Assembly (NCBI RefSeq): GCF_051903065.1
Contig: NZ_CP178438.1
DNA: 64,000 bases
From: Escherichia coli
GTDB lineage: Bacteria; Pseudomonadota; Gammaproteobacteria; Enterobacterales; Enterobacteriaceae
Reading direction: 5' to 3' (one strand)
Both the position numbers and the translations under genes were made by a program. The notes beneath the pieces were generated by a model. The model ran no database searches, was not told where the DNA came from, and saw only the letters and a list, made by a program, of their open reading frames with translations. This document shows, in pieces, positions 23,913 through 34,060 of the stretch; the first letter of the stretch is position 1, and the number at the start of each line of letters is the position of its first letter.

Positions 23913-25104
23913 ACTCCTCCAGCATCTGTTGTCCACTGTAGGCGGCGCGGCTGCGCTGGCTGAACTCAGCCAGCGTGGTACCAAATATCGCCTGCGCGAT
24001 TTCCGGTTTGCTTAACTGGACCAGTTGCAGCACGTCTTCTTCGCTGACGGTTTTACCGCCGGATTTTTGCAACACTTCACGCGCCGCGTCGCTATGGGTG
24101 GCAATCACCGGCACGCCAATTGATAACGCCTCACACAAAATCAGCGGGTAGTTATCGACACGAGAACTGAACACCAGCGCATCCATCTGATTGAGCGCGC
24201 TCATCAGCTTACGTTTGTCGGTTTCAAAGCCGTGATTGACCACGTTGCCAGCGGTGAACGGCGAGAACTTACCGAAGGTATGCAGTTCGATTTTGTCGTC
24301 CAGCGCCATCATCTCGCGCACCAGTTGCTGGTTAGTTTTGCCGTCGTAACGCAGGTCATGCGCTACCACCGCGATTTTCGGCTTGCCCTGAGTTTCGCGC
24401 ACCGGAGGCAGATCCGCCAGAATCGCTTCGGTTGCCATATCAATACCGTTATTGATAATCCGGCAACGCCCTGGACCGTACAGGCTATTGAAAGCGTCAG
24501 CCACATGCTGGCTGGGGGAAATAAACTGACAGCCCAGCGCCAGCATCTCAAGGAATAACTGGCGTTTGCCCGCCACCAGTTGGTGTGCGCGATCAATCTT
24601 CACCGGCGGATAATTATTTAAGGTCGGGCATTTCTGGCAGCCCGTTTTCCAGCCTTCACAACCGTCAGTAAAGGCGCAGCGCCCGGTAACGCTCCAGTGG
24701 TCGTGCAGCGTCCAGACCAGAGTGACATCCGGTTTGTGGTTTTTCACCTTTTCGCAAAAGCGCACCACGCTCTTAAGATTCAACCAGTAGCTGTGCAGCA
24801 CATGAAAATGCAGGACCACCGGACCCGGTGTGCGAGTAATGGTGCGATATAACTCATTGAAATTGCCGAACAGATCGCGATTAAACAGACGAAACAGGGC
24901 AATGTTCGCCATCGCAGTCATCCGCGGCGTATGTTTGATGACCTGCGGATAGTTTTGATGGCTGACGCTCTCTTTGCCGCCTTTGCCGTAGCCGTAGACA
25001 AAATGTGACGCCAGCCCCTGTTGCAGCGCACGCTGGTGGAGATCTAACGCCACACCTGCTGCCCCGCCTTCCGCCAGTCGCACATTAAATTGCAAAATAT
25101 TCAT
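23887..25104 (-). CDS. wcaC: Colanic acid glycosyltransferase WcaC (GT4)
   Basis: 405-aa GT-B glycosyltransferase; position and length as in K-12. Confidence 0.9.
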   Translation of the reverse strand: MNILQFNVRLAEGGAAGVALDLHQRALQQGLASHFVYGYGKGGKESVSHQNYPQVIKHTPRMTAMANIALFRLFNRDLFGNFNELYRTITRTPGPVVLHFHVLHSYWLNLKSVVRFCEKVKNHKPDVTLVWTLHDHWSVTGRCAFTDGCEGWKTGCQKCPTLNNYPPVKIDRAHQLVAGKRQLFLEMLALGCQFISPSQHVADAFNSLYGPGRCRIINNGIDMATEAILADLPPVRETQGKPKIAVVAHDLRYDGKTNQQLVREMMALDDKIELHTFGKFSPFTAGNVVNHGFETDKRKLMSALNQMDALVFSSRVDNYPLILCEALSIGVPVIATHSDAAREVLQKSGGKTVSEEDVLQLVQLSKPEIAQAIFGTTLAEFSQRSRAAYSGQQMLEEYVNFYQNL

Positions 25105-25589
25105 TTGATTACCTTCACTCGCGCTTTTTCTCCCACCACCAGCGCGTTGTCCGGGACAGAATCGAGCACCACGCTGCCCGCGCCCACGGTGACGTTGTTA
25201 CCAAGCGTGATATCACCAAGAATAATGACGTTGGCACCGAGTTCGACGCCGTTGCCAATGTGTGGACATGCCATGTTATCGGCACCACGATTGCCGATAG
25301 TGACGCCGTGGCGAATGGTAAAATCATCCCCCGCTACCACGTTTTTATTGATCACTACGGCGTAACCGTGATGGATAGTAAAGCGGCGGCCAATGGTCGC
25401 GGCAGCCTGGATTTCATAACCGAAAAAGCATTCGGTGATAATGCGATACAGCACCAGCAGCGGGGCCGCCCACAGATTGTTGAGAACGTTCTTTTTGCGC
25501 CACACCGAACAAAAATGAGCGACGCGATAGGCAAGAACCATGCAGCACGGGCGTAAACTCCAGCTGTTGGCGCGTAGATCTTCCAGCAT
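25101..25589 (-). CDS. wcaB: Colanic acid acetyltransferase WcaB (hexapeptide-repeat)
   Basis: 162-aa serine-acetyltransferase-like hexapeptide protein. Confidence 0.9.
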   Translation of the reverse strand: MLEDLRANSWSLRPCCMVLAYRVAHFCSVWRKKNVLNNLWAAPLLVLYRIITECFFGYEIQAAATIGRRFTIHHGYAVVINKNVVAGDDFTIRHGVTIGNRGADNMACPHIGNGVELGANVIILGDITLGNNVTVGAGSVVLDSVPDNALVVGEKARVKVIK

Positions 25590-25591
25590 AT

Positions 25592-26431
25592 TTAGCGCCC
25601 CCGAATACCATCAGCCAGACGTTTGCCGTTACGCACCGACAGCAGCGTCAGCAAAGTGCGCCAGGTCATGCGTTTATTGCGGATCTGGTAGAGGGTAAAC
25701 AGCTGATATTTTTTGCTGGCGCGGTCAAATTTGTCTTTGTGCTTGCGGTAAAAGTGGAAGTATCCGGAGAATTTTTTCGGTGACGAGGTGATCTGCATTT
25801 CACCGTGATTGATATGCAGGATCTGCGTCGCCTCTTCCACTTTCCACGGTTCGCCATACTCCACCACCATCCGCAGGAAGATGTCGTAATCCTGTGCCGC
25901 TTTCAGTTCGGTATCGAACAAACACTCTTTGAAACGCCATGCCCAGGTAAAGACCTGATTGCCAATGATATTGCGTTTATAGAACAGGCGGCGTGAGTAC
26001 GGCGATTTGGGATACAGTGGTAAGCTTGCCGGTTGGGAATAAACTTCTCCCTGGCATACGTAGTCGTTAGCGTACAAAAAGGCGTGAGTGACCAGTTGCT
26101 GTTTATGGGCGAGGAAGACGCTCAGACGGTTGGGTGTCCATTCATCATCATCATCGATCCCGGTGATGTATTCCCCTTGCGCCAGCATAATCGCCTGGTT
26201 ACGTACCGCGCAAGCCCCGCTGTTAATGTCGTTGTGAATGTAGGTAATACGCGGATCGTTGAGGGCGGTGACGTACTGTTGCAGTTGTTCCCAGGAGGTG
26301 GAGCAATCATCCACGATGATCATCTCCCAGTTGCTGTAGTCCTGGCGCATGACCGATTTTATCGCCCGAATCGCCAGTTGTTGGCGGTTCCAGGTCGGCA
26401 TATAGATTGAGATCAGCGGATTGTCTTTCAT
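25592..26431 (-). CDS. wcaA: Colanic acid glycosyltransferase WcaA (GT2)
   Basis: 279-aa ORF with GT2 N-terminus (ISIYMPTWNRQ...IIVDDCS). Confidence 0.9.
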   Translation of the reverse strand: MKDNPLISIYMPTWNRQQLAIRAIKSVMRQDYSNWEMIIVDDCSTSWEQLQQYVTALNDPRITYIHNDINSGACAVRNQAIMLAQGEYITGIDDDDEWTPNRLSVFLAHKQQLVTHAFLYANDYVCQGEVYSQPASLPLYPKSPYSRRLFYKRNIIGNQVFTWAWRFKECLFDTELKAAQDYDIFLRMVVEYGEPWKVEEATQILHINHGEMQITSSPKKFSGYFHFYRKHKDKFDRASKKYQLFTLYQIRNKRMTWRTLLTLLSVRNGKRLADGIRGR

Positions 26432-26465
26432 AGGTTGTTCTCCCGGCTTATGAGCTGGTTTGCTT

Positions 26466-26540
26466 GCCGGATGCGGCGTGAACGCCTTATCCGGCCTACG
26501 GGGCGGTGCGAATGCAGGCGTCGTTATTTCGCATCCGACT
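26466..26540. repeat. REP element(s)
   Basis: gccggatgcggcgtgaacgccttatccggcctac class REP between wcaA and wzc. Confidence 0.8.
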
Positions 26541-28686
26541 TATATTCGTATTCGTAATAGCCATAATCCTGATACGCGCTGGCGCGGCGGATGATGGAGT
26601 TCAGAATCACCCCTTTCACCGGAATACCGTTTTGCTCAAAGCGGCTCAGACTGGTTTCCACTTCTTTCAATGTGTTGACCGCATAACGCGCCACCATTAA
26701 CGTGGTTCCGACATGACGACCAACAATTGCGGCATCGGTCACTGCCAGAATCGGCGGCGTATCAATCAACACCAGGTCGTAGTTTTTACTCGCCCAGTTC
26801 ACCAGTTCGGCAAAGCGTTCGCTCATCAACAATTCAGAAGGATTTGGCGGTACCTGACCGCGCGGGATCAGGTCAAATTTGGCAATCGAAGTGGGTTTAG
26901 CAGCGGTAGTAATATCGCCCTGACCAATCAGAATTTCCGACAGGCCATTGACGTTATTGGTGCCCAACAGCTCGTGGGTGTAGCCTTTGCGCATATCGCA
27001 GTCGATCAACAACACGCGTTTATTGGTCTGGCTGATCACCGCCGCCAGGTTGGCGCAGACAAAGGTTTTACCGATTGACGGGCTAACCCCGGTCATCATC
27101 AACACATTGTTCTGCGCCTGCATCATCGCGAAGTGCAAACTGGTACGAAGACTGCGGATGGCTTCAATCGCCAGATCGGTTGGATTCCCCACCGCCAGTA
27201 GCTGGCTCTGTTTATAGCGTTTAACTCCTTTGATGGTTTTGACGCTATCGCGCGCTTTTTGCCACTCCGACAGAGGAATACTGGCATAGACGCTGATGCC
27301 ATGTTCTTCCAGCACCTGTGGGCTTTCGATGCCGCGATTAAACAACGAGCGCAGCAGTACACCCACGATAGAAAGCATCAGGCCGAGGATAATCGCCCCA
27401 AGGATAATCAGCCCTTTCTTCGGTTTCAGTACACCTGGCTGGGTGATTGCCGGGTCAACAATGCGCACATCGCCGACGGTGCTGGCTTCGGTGATTTTCA
27501 GCTCCTGCTCTTTATTCAGCAGTTGCATATAGACCTGCTGACCAGACTCGACATCGCGGGTCAGACGGACAATCTCCTGCTGGGTTTTCGGCATCGCCGT
27601 TACGCGACCGTTAAGTTTGGCTTTTTCGTCTTCCAGCGCCTGACGTTTCTCCAGCAGCGTGCGGTACGCCGGGTGAACTTTGGTGTAAAGTTTGGAGATT
27701 TCCGCCTCTTTAAAGGTTAGTTCGTTCAACTGCGCGTCGATGTTCACCATCGAATCGAGCACCGCTTTCGCTTCCAGCGGCAGATCAACGGAATCTTTAT
27801 CCTGACGGAAGGTATTCAGTTTGTTTTCGGCAACATCGAGGCGGCTACGTACTTCCGGTAACTGTTGCGCGAGGAAAGCGAGGCTTTTCGACGCTTCCGC
27901 CGATTTGCGCTCAATATTTTGTTCCTGATAGTTACGGGCGATGCTGTTAAGAATGTCGCGGATCTGTTCGCGATCTTCACCGGTATAAGTCAGGCTCAGT
28001 ACGCCTGCGTCTTTGCCGTTCTCCGTTACCGTCAGGCTGTTTTGCAGTTGGTTGATCATCCCCAGCGTGGAGTATTTGGTGATGGTAAACTCACTGCCCG
28101 GGCTGGCGTGAATAGCTTCAACCATCAGCGTGACGCCTTCTTTTGTCAGCATCTGGCCCGCTTGCCCACGGGCGCTAAAGCTGCCATCGCTGCTCAGAGT
28201 GTAGTTTTTATCGTCCAGCACATTAAGCGTAAACACCTGGTCCGCCATCTCTTTCGGGCGGTTAAAGGTAGTCACTTTCACCGTCTCGTTCTGCCGTCCC
28301 ATCAGGCGATCCCAGCCCGCACCGAAAATCGGGAACGTGTTTTTGCTCACCGCAATATCGAGGTCGAGATCGTCCACCGTTTTACCAAGCACCAGACGCG
28401 AACGAATCAACTGGATCTCGGCGTCCGATGCAGGCGGTTTGTTGGCTAATGCCGAGCCGATATCCTGTACTAACGAATTGCCGCTGTTTTGCTCGATTTG
28501 TACCAGTGCGTCGGCACTATAAATCGGCGTGGCGAAGAAGGTGTAAACCACGGCACAGACGGCAAATACAGCGGTGATGCCAATCACCCACCAGCGCGCT
28601 TCAATGACGGTGCCGACCAGGCGACCAATATCGATTTCATCACTGCCCGTTACCGGAGCGGCATGTTGTTTTACTTTTTCTGTCAT
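26524..28686 (-). CDS. wzc: Tyrosine autokinase / polysaccharide co-polymerase Wzc
   Basis: Track ORF is 732 aa; likely start MTEKVKQHAAPV... (720 aa); Walker A region and C-terminal tyrosine-rich tail (YQDYGYYEYEYKSD). Confidence 0.92.
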   Translation of the reverse strand: MTEKVKQHAAPVTGSDEIDIGRLVGTVIEARWWVIGITAVFAVCAVVYTFFATPIYSADALVQIEQNSGNSLVQDIGSALANKPPASDAEIQLIRSRLVLGKTVDDLDLDIAVSKNTFPIFGAGWDRLMGRQNETVKVTTFNRPKEMADQVFTLNVLDDKNYTLSSDGSFSARGQAGQMLTKEGVTLMVEAIHASPGSEFTITKYSTLGMINQLQNSLTVTENGKDAGVLSLTYTGEDREQIRDILNSIARNYQEQNIERKSAEASKSLAFLAQQLPEVRSRLDVAENKLNTFRQDKDSVDLPLEAKAVLDSMVNIDAQLNELTFKEAEISKLYTKVHPAYRTLLEKRQALEDEKAKLNGRVTAMPKTQQEIVRLTRDVESGQQVYMQLLNKEQELKITEASTVGDVRIVDPAITQPGVLKPKKGLIILGAIILGLMLSIVGVLLRSLFNRGIESPQVLEEHGISVYASIPLSEWQKARDSVKTIKGVKRYKQSQLLAVGNPTDLAIEAIRSLRTSLHFAMMQAQNNVLMMTGVSPSIGKTFVCANLAAVISQTNKRVLLIDCDMRKGYTHELLGTNNVNGLSEILIGQGDITTAAKPTSIAKFDLIPRGQVPPNPSELLMSERFAELVNWASKNYDLVLIDTPPILAVTDAAIVGRHVGTTLMVARYAVNTLKEVETSLSRFEQNGIPVKGVILNSIIRRASAYQDYGYYEYEYKSDAK

Positions 28687-28688
28687 TC

Positions 28689-29132
28689 TTATACCTGCTC
28701 TGCGTTCAATGCCTGCGCCCACTGGCGGGCAGACCGTTCAAGTAATGTGTACACCGCTGCAAACGTTTCCCGGCTTTTGCGATACGGATCGGGGATTTCA
28801 CATTCGTTATCCCAGTGACCAAACAGCATCACTTTGCCGCGCATCTCAGGTGCCATCTCGCATAAGCGTTCGATATGGCGCTTTTCCATGGTCAAAATCA
28901 GGTCATAGTTGCGACACAGGCGGCGGCTGATTTGCCGTGCACAGTGACCTTCCAGAGACAGTTGATGCTCTGCGGCAACGCTGATGGCGGTAGGATCAGC
29001 GCCCTTACCGACCAGCGCGCCGAGTCCAGCGGACTCCACTTTCAGCTCCGGGTGATAACGTTGCAGTAAGCGTTCCGCCGTCGGGGAACGGCAAATATTG
29101 CCGACACAGACAACTAAGATGTTGTTAAACAT
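28689..29132 (-). CDS. wzb: Low-molecular-weight protein-tyrosine phosphatase Wzb
   Basis: 147-aa ORF with the CVGNICRS P-loop motif. Confidence 0.92.
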   Translation of the reverse strand: MFNNILVVCVGNICRSPTAERLLQRYHPELKVESAGLGALVGKGADPTAISVAAEHQLSLEGHCARQISRRLCRNYDLILTMEKRHIERLCEMAPEMRGKVMLFGHWDNECEIPDPYRKSRETFAAVYTLLERSARQWAQALNAEQV

Positions 29133-29137
29133 GACGA

Positions 29138-30277
29138 TTACCAGTTATGAATGTCGCTGGCTGTATCCGTCATGTAACGGACACCGCTAATAGTTGGCAG
29201 CAACTGATTGATCAGACGGTTCCAGCGGGAAACCGGGGCGGTGGTGACATACACCACGTCATAAGGTTGCAGGCGGAATTCTGTCGCCATCACCAGCGAC
29301 GTGGCATCGGACATATCCAGCTGGTAGATATTGGCAATCTTGCCGTTACGCCCGCCCTCGCCTTTCAGCGGACGAATGACAAAGATGCCGCTGGCGTTGG
29401 AGGTGGTCATGTCGATGCCTTCAGCATTGCCCAGGGCTTCAGTCAGGGTCATGCCGCTAAAGTCCATTTTCAGGGTGCTCTGTTTCTTCACTTCACCCAT
29501 CACAAATACTTTCAGATCATCATTACGTGGCACGTAGAGAATATCGCCGGGGTAAAGCAGGCGATTCTGGTTGAGGTCGCCGTTTTGCATCAGCGCCTGC
29601 AAAGAAATGCGCTCTTCACGACCATTGTGTGTTAGCACCACGTTGCGCCAGTCAGCGGTGTCGGTCAGGCCACCTGCGGCGTTGATGGCATCGAGAATGG
29701 TCAGTGGTACGTTGGTAATCGCCTGTTGACCGGATTTATTCACCTGGCCGGAGATATAGGCTTTTTGCGAGCGGAAGGCGGCGATATTAACGTCCACCTG
29801 CGGGTCAGCGATGTACGTCGCTAAGCGCCCGGTAATATCACTGCGGATTTCAGCGAGCGTTTTCCCCACGACGTGAACCTTGCCGATATACGGGTAGAAC
29901 ATGGTGCCGTCAGGCTGTACCCAGTTGCCGGTGTCGCTGGAACTGCGGTACTGACCAGCTGGCGTGGTGAGTTCCGGGTGATCCCAGACGGTGACATTAA
30001 GAACGTCCCCCGGCCCGACGCGATACTGGTAATTCGCGATCTCGCTTTCCAGCGTCATATTGGGGCGCGCTACATTCGGGCGTGGGCGTAATTGGTCAAT
30101 CAGGCGCGGGGTCAGCGGATACACATTCACCATTTTGTCGAGATCGAAATCAGCGTCCTGCTGTTTGATGACGTCTTTGCCCATCGTCGACATATTGCTG
30201 CCCGGAAGTACTGTGCAACCGCTTATCAAGGTTACTGACACCAATAATGGCATCAATTTCATTTTGGATTTCATCAT
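29138..30277 (-). CDS. wza: Outer-membrane polysaccharide export lipoprotein Wza
   Basis: 379-aa ORF with lipoprotein signal (LISGCTV); first gene of the wca operon. Confidence 0.92.
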   Translation of the reverse strand: MMKSKMKLMPLLVSVTLISGCTVLPGSNMSTMGKDVIKQQDADFDLDKMVNVYPLTPRLIDQLRPRPNVARPNMTLESEIANYQYRVGPGDVLNVTVWDHPELTTPAGQYRSSSDTGNWVQPDGTMFYPYIGKVHVVGKTLAEIRSDITGRLATYIADPQVDVNIAAFRSQKAYISGQVNKSGQQAITNVPLTILDAINAAGGLTDTADWRNVVLTHNGREERISLQALMQNGDLNQNRLLYPGDILYVPRNDDLKVFVMGEVKKQSTLKMDFSGMTLTEALGNAEGIDMTTSNASGIFVIRPLKGEGGRNGKIANIYQLDMSDATSLVMATEFRLQPYDVVYVTTAPVSRWNRLINQLLPTISGVRYMTDTASDIHNW

Positions 30278-30454
30278 TGTTTATTTATCACTTTGGCAGA
30301 GTAATTATCCTGTGCACTATTAATAGCAATGTCGCAATGCACATTTACCTTGCAGTTAATTGAATAAAAATTTAACTGGCATCAGTCCTAAAAAAATTGA
30401 TTTCATCCGCAGGCTATTGACAGAATAATTCAGACTGGCTTTCAGGCATCCAGA

Positions 30455-30466
30455 CACGCTACCGCC
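30455..30466 (-). promoter_or_regulatory. ops element in the JUMPstart of the colanic-acid operon leader
   Basis: Plus strand cacgctaccgcc is the reverse complement of GGCGGTAGCGTG, followed by cctggctttttagctacc JUMPstart-like sequence, about 180 bp upstream of wza. Confidence 0.75.
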
Positions 30467-30678
30467 CCTGGCTTTTTAGCTACCAATACACTGATTTAGC
30501 TTAATTTTTAAAACCCTCTCAACATACAGTCGTTGATGAGAAAGGGTTATTGCGGAAATTAACTTCCGAATATAAGGTGACATTATGGTAATTGAATATT
30601 GGCTCTCCAATAATGCAGGAGGAAGTGTTACAGCTAACGGAATAGCAGGCAAGGTAACAATTCGGCAATTGGCTATTT

Positions 30679-30693
30679 TTAAGAATTATATTA
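30679..30693. promoter_or_regulatory. Candidate RcsAB box of the wza (cps) promoter
   Basis: taagaattatatta resembles the RcsAB box consensus (TaAGaatatTCctA), about 400 bp upstream of wza; match is approximate. Confidence 0.35.
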
Positions 30694-30934
30694 AGTGTCA
30701 TTCAATATGGTTTTTAGGAGTTTCTTTAGGTTGACAATATTTAATATTGCGTCTCCACATGCGATATTTCTTAAATAATGTTTTATTATTACCACTTTTA
30801 ATTCAGGGATAATGTGAGGTTATTACCCTCAAATAATATGAGATAAATAGTGCTACAACATTGCATTTTTGCCCCGATTTATCCATGATCGAATTGTGAC
30901 ATTTGTCATACAACGAATAGGTTTTGTACTTACT

Positions 30935-32518
30935 ATGGAATGGATTGCCGATCCGTCTATCTGGGCCGGGTTAATCACGCTGATTGTGATCGAACTGGTC
31001 CTCGGCATTGATAACCTAGTCTTTATTGCCATCCTCGCCGAAAAACTACCGCCGAAGCAGCGCGACCGCGCACGGGTTACCGGGCTGTTGCTGGCGATGT
31101 TAATGCGCCTGTTACTGCTGGCGTCAATCTCCTGGCTGGTCACCCTGACTCAACCGCTATTCAGCTTTCGCTCGTTTACCTTTAGCGCCCGCGACTTAAT
31201 CATGCTGTTTGGTGGTTTCTTCTTGTTGTTCAAAGCCACGATGGAGCTGAACGAACGGCTGGAAGGGAAAGACAGCAATAACCCCACGCAACGCAAAGGT
31301 GCGAAGTTCTGGGGCGTGGTGACACAAATTGTGGTACTGGACGCCATCTTCTCACTCGACTCGGTGATTACAGCCGTCGGGATGGTCGACCATTTACTGG
31401 TCATGATGGCCGCCGTGGTTATCGCTATCAGCCTGATGTTGATGGCCAGCAAGCCGTTAACGCAATTTGTTAACAGTCACCCGACCATCGTTATTCTCTG
31501 CTTAAGCTTCCTGTTGATGATTGGCTTTAGCCTGGTGGCGGAAGGTTTCGGCTTCGTCATTCCGAAAGGCTACCTGTACGCTGCCATTGGTTTCTCGGTG
31601 ATGATCGAGGCGCTCAATCAGTTGGCTATCTTTAACCGGCGACGTTTTCTTTCCGCTAACCAGACGCTGCGCCAGCGGACTACCGAAGCGGTAATGCGCC
31701 TGCTTAGCGGGCAAAAAGAAGATGCGGAACTGGACGCCGAAACCGCGTCCATGCTGGTGGATCATGGTAACCAGCAGATCTTTAATCCGCAGGAACGGCG
31801 GATGATTGAGCGGGTACTTAATCTTAACCAGCGTACCGTCAGCAGCATTATGACGTCGCGCCACGATATTGAGCATATCGATCTCAACGCGCCGGAAGAA
31901 GAAATCCGCCAGTTGCTGGAGCGAAATCAGCATACGCGGCTGGTGGTTACCGACGGTGATGACGCAGAAGATTTGCTCGGTGTTGTTCACGTTATCGACC
32001 TGCTACAACAGTCTCTGCGCGGCGAACCGCTCAACCTGCGGGTGTTGATTCGCCAGCCGCTGGTGTTCCCGGAAACCTTGCCGTTGTTACCTGCCCTGGA
32101 GCAGTTCCGTAATGCCCGCACGCACTTTGCTTTTGTGGTGGATGAGTTTGGCTCGGTGGAAGGGATTGTGACATTAAGTGACGTCACTGAAACCATTGCC
32201 GGTAACTTACCGAACGAAGTGGAAGAGATCGACGCCCGCCATGATATTCAGAAGAATGCGGACGGTTCCTGGACGGCGAATGGTCATATGCCGCTGGAAG
32301 ATCTGGTGCAATATGTGCCGCTGCCGCTGGATGAAAAACGTGAATATCACACCATTGCCGGGCTGTTGATGGAGTATTTGCAGCGTATTCCAAAACCTGG
32401 CGAAGAAGTTCAGGTAGGGGATTATTTGCTTAAAACGTTGCAGGTAGAAAGCCATCGCGTGCAGAAGGTGCAGATTATACCGCTGCGTAAGGATGGCGAG
32501 ATGGAGTACGAGGTGTGA
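30935..32518 (+). CDS. yegH: Inner-membrane protein YegH (TerC-family membrane domain plus CBS/CorC-type domains)
   Basis: Track ORF is 549 aa; likely start [13 protein letters not shown]... (527 aa). Confidence 0.88.
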   Translation: MEWIADPSIWAGLITLIVIELVLGIDNLVFIAILAEKLPPKQRDRARVTGLLLAMLMRLLLLASISWLVTLTQPLFSFRSFTFSARDLIMLFGGFFLLFKATMELNERLEGKDSNNPTQRKGAKFWGVVTQIVVLDAIFSLDSVITAVGMVDHLLVMMAAVVIAISLMLMASKPLTQFVNSHPTIVILCLSFLLMIGFSLVAEGFGFVIPKGYLYAAIGFSVMIEALNQLAIFNRRRFLSANQTLRQRTTEAVMRLLSGQKEDAELDAETASMLVDHGNQQIFNPQERRMIERVLNLNQRTVSSIMTSRHDIEHIDLNAPEEEIRQLLERNQHTRLVVTDGDDAEDLLGVVHVIDLLQQSLRGEPLNLRVLIRQPLVFPETLPLLPALEQFRNARTHFAFVVDEFGSVEGIVTLSDVTETIAGNLPNEVEEIDARHDIQKNADGSWTANGHMPLEDLVQYVPLPLDEKREYHTIAGLLMEYLQRIPKPGEEVQVGDYLLKTLQVESHRVQKVQIIPLRKDGEMEYEV

Positions 32519-32780
32519 TGGTATCGGTCATTTTACCCGATGCTGCGTAACGCCTTATAACTTCAGCAATGAAGCGTTGTCTGTGGTACATGGACATTAC
32601 AGCGGGGGGGTGGGTCCGGCTGTAAATCGCCGAATCGTTTCCTGTGGCCGGGGCAGCCCACATGGATGTGGGCTGAGGGCGCGTTTTACAGGGATAATGA
32701 GATGGACGCTCCAGATTTTACGGTATCAAAGTACCAGACTGGATCGTTGCAATACGTCCTGAAAAATTAGGAGCGTCCAC

Positions 32781-33806
32781 ATGAAAGTATCAACTCTTGG
32801 TATCGACCTGGCAAAGAACGTTTTTCAGCTTCATGGTGTCGATCATGAAGGCCATACTATTTTGCGTAAAAAGCTCACCCGGGCTAAGTTTGTTCAGTTT
32901 GTGATTCAACTGGAACCTTGTCTGATTGGCATGGAAGCCTGCTCATCCAGTCATTATTTTGCGCGATTATTCACCCGCTATGGTCATGAGGTAAAACTCA
33001 TACCTCCGCAGTATGTGAAGCCTTATGTGAAAACGAACAAGACGGATGCAGCAGATGCTGAAGCAATCTGCGAAGCGGTAACCCGTCCGAATATGCGTTT
33101 TGTTCAGATAAAAAACGAAGAGCAGCAGGCCGTTTTAGCGTTACACACTGAACGGGGAATACTTATCCGTGAGCGGATTGCCTGTGCCAATAGTTTAAGA
33201 GCCACACTTGCTGAGTTTGGTATTACGATTGCGGCCGGACAAAGCCATTTAACCCGTGAGCTGCCAGCCATTCTGGAGGATAGCGAAAATGGTTTATCTC
33301 CCTTTGTCAGAACCAGCATCTACAGACAGTCTAAACATATCCGGGAACTTGAAGAACAAGTTAAACAGGTAGAAGAAGCTCTGGCCTCCTGGTATAGAAC
33401 GCAGGAAGCCTGCCAGAGAATGGCCAAAATCCCGGGGGTTGGCATGCTAACGGCCACTTATGTGGTAGCAGCAGTGGGTAATGCCCGACAATTCAGTACC
33501 GCAAAGCAGTTCGCTTCATGGCTGGGGCTGACACCAAAGGAACATTCCAGCGGCGGGAAACAGCAACTGGGAGGGATCAGCAAACGTGGAGATGGATATT
33601 TCCGATACCTGCTGGTTCACGGCGCACGCGCACTTACCGCCTGGGTCAACCGAAACGGCGCGGTTGAGGAGAATTCCTGGCTTCAGGGACTCCTTGAGCG
33701 GAAGCACTACAATGTAGCTGTTGTCGCCATGGCGGCAAAAACAGCGAGGATCATGTGGTCAATGTTGTCACACAATACTGAATATCAACCTCGGCAGCTC
33801 GCCTGA
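32781..33806 (+). CDS. IS110-family transposase/recombinase (DEDD N-terminal domain plus Transposase_20 C-terminal domain)
   Basis: 341-aa ORF: N-terminal MKVSTLGIDLAKNVFQLHGVD and C-terminal IPGVGMLTA...GLTPKEHSSGGKQQLGGISKRGDGYFR motifs characteristic of IS110-family recombinases. Confidence 0.85.
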   Translation: MKVSTLGIDLAKNVFQLHGVDHEGHTILRKKLTRAKFVQFVIQLEPCLIGMEACSSSHYFARLFTRYGHEVKLIPPQYVKPYVKTNKTDAADAEAICEAVTRPNMRFVQIKNEEQQAVLALHTERGILIRERIACANSLRATLAEFGITIAAGQSHLTRELPAILEDSENGLSPFVRTSIYRQSKHIRELEEQVKQVEEALASWYRTQEACQRMAKIPGVGMLTATYVVAAVGNARQFSTAKQFASWLGLTPKEHSSGGKQQLGGISKRGDGYFRYLLVHGARALTAWVNRNGAVEENSWLQGLLERKHYNVAVVAMAAKTARIMWSMLSHNTEYQPRQLA

Positions 33807-33839
33807 CACAAGGTCAGTCAATCTGACGAGGTGCTGAAA

Positions 33840-34060
33840 AAAAGTTAACGTCCTGGTAGGTGCAGGTGACTTCAGAAGATGGCAAAACAGGTAAGACCGC
33901 AGGCAGGATACACCGAGAGGTAACAAGGGCAAGTTAGCCCGTAGAGGATGATTGGTACCTGCCTGGCGGATTTCATCATGGTTCGGGATAAAAATCCCAT
34001 CAGAAACCGGATATATGGCTGCACCTACCCGTTTTATTACATAACTGAAGAAAGCATTGC
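33840..34060 (+). ncRNA. Candidate IS110-family guide RNA (bridge/seek-type) in the 3-prime non-coding flank
   Basis: No ORF; long-range complementary 11-mers ggtaggtgcag (33855-33865) and ctgcacctacc (34021-34031) plus internal helices; inferred by analogy with IS1111-group elements. Speculative. Confidence 0.3.

Noticed and set aside
26524-28722. Upstream-extended ORF starts for wzc, cpsG, wcaD, yegH, udk and yegD
   Set aside because: In each case an internal start codon gives the length and N-terminus expected for the known protein; the extensions are ORF-finder artefacts.
32539-32566. Half-REP upstream of the IS110 recombinase as evidence of insertion into a REP
   Set aside because: cgatgctgcgtaacgccttat resembles the left half of a REP, but I could not find the matching right half at the other flank and the REP at 34298-34336 is intact, so the split-REP model is not supported as it stands.
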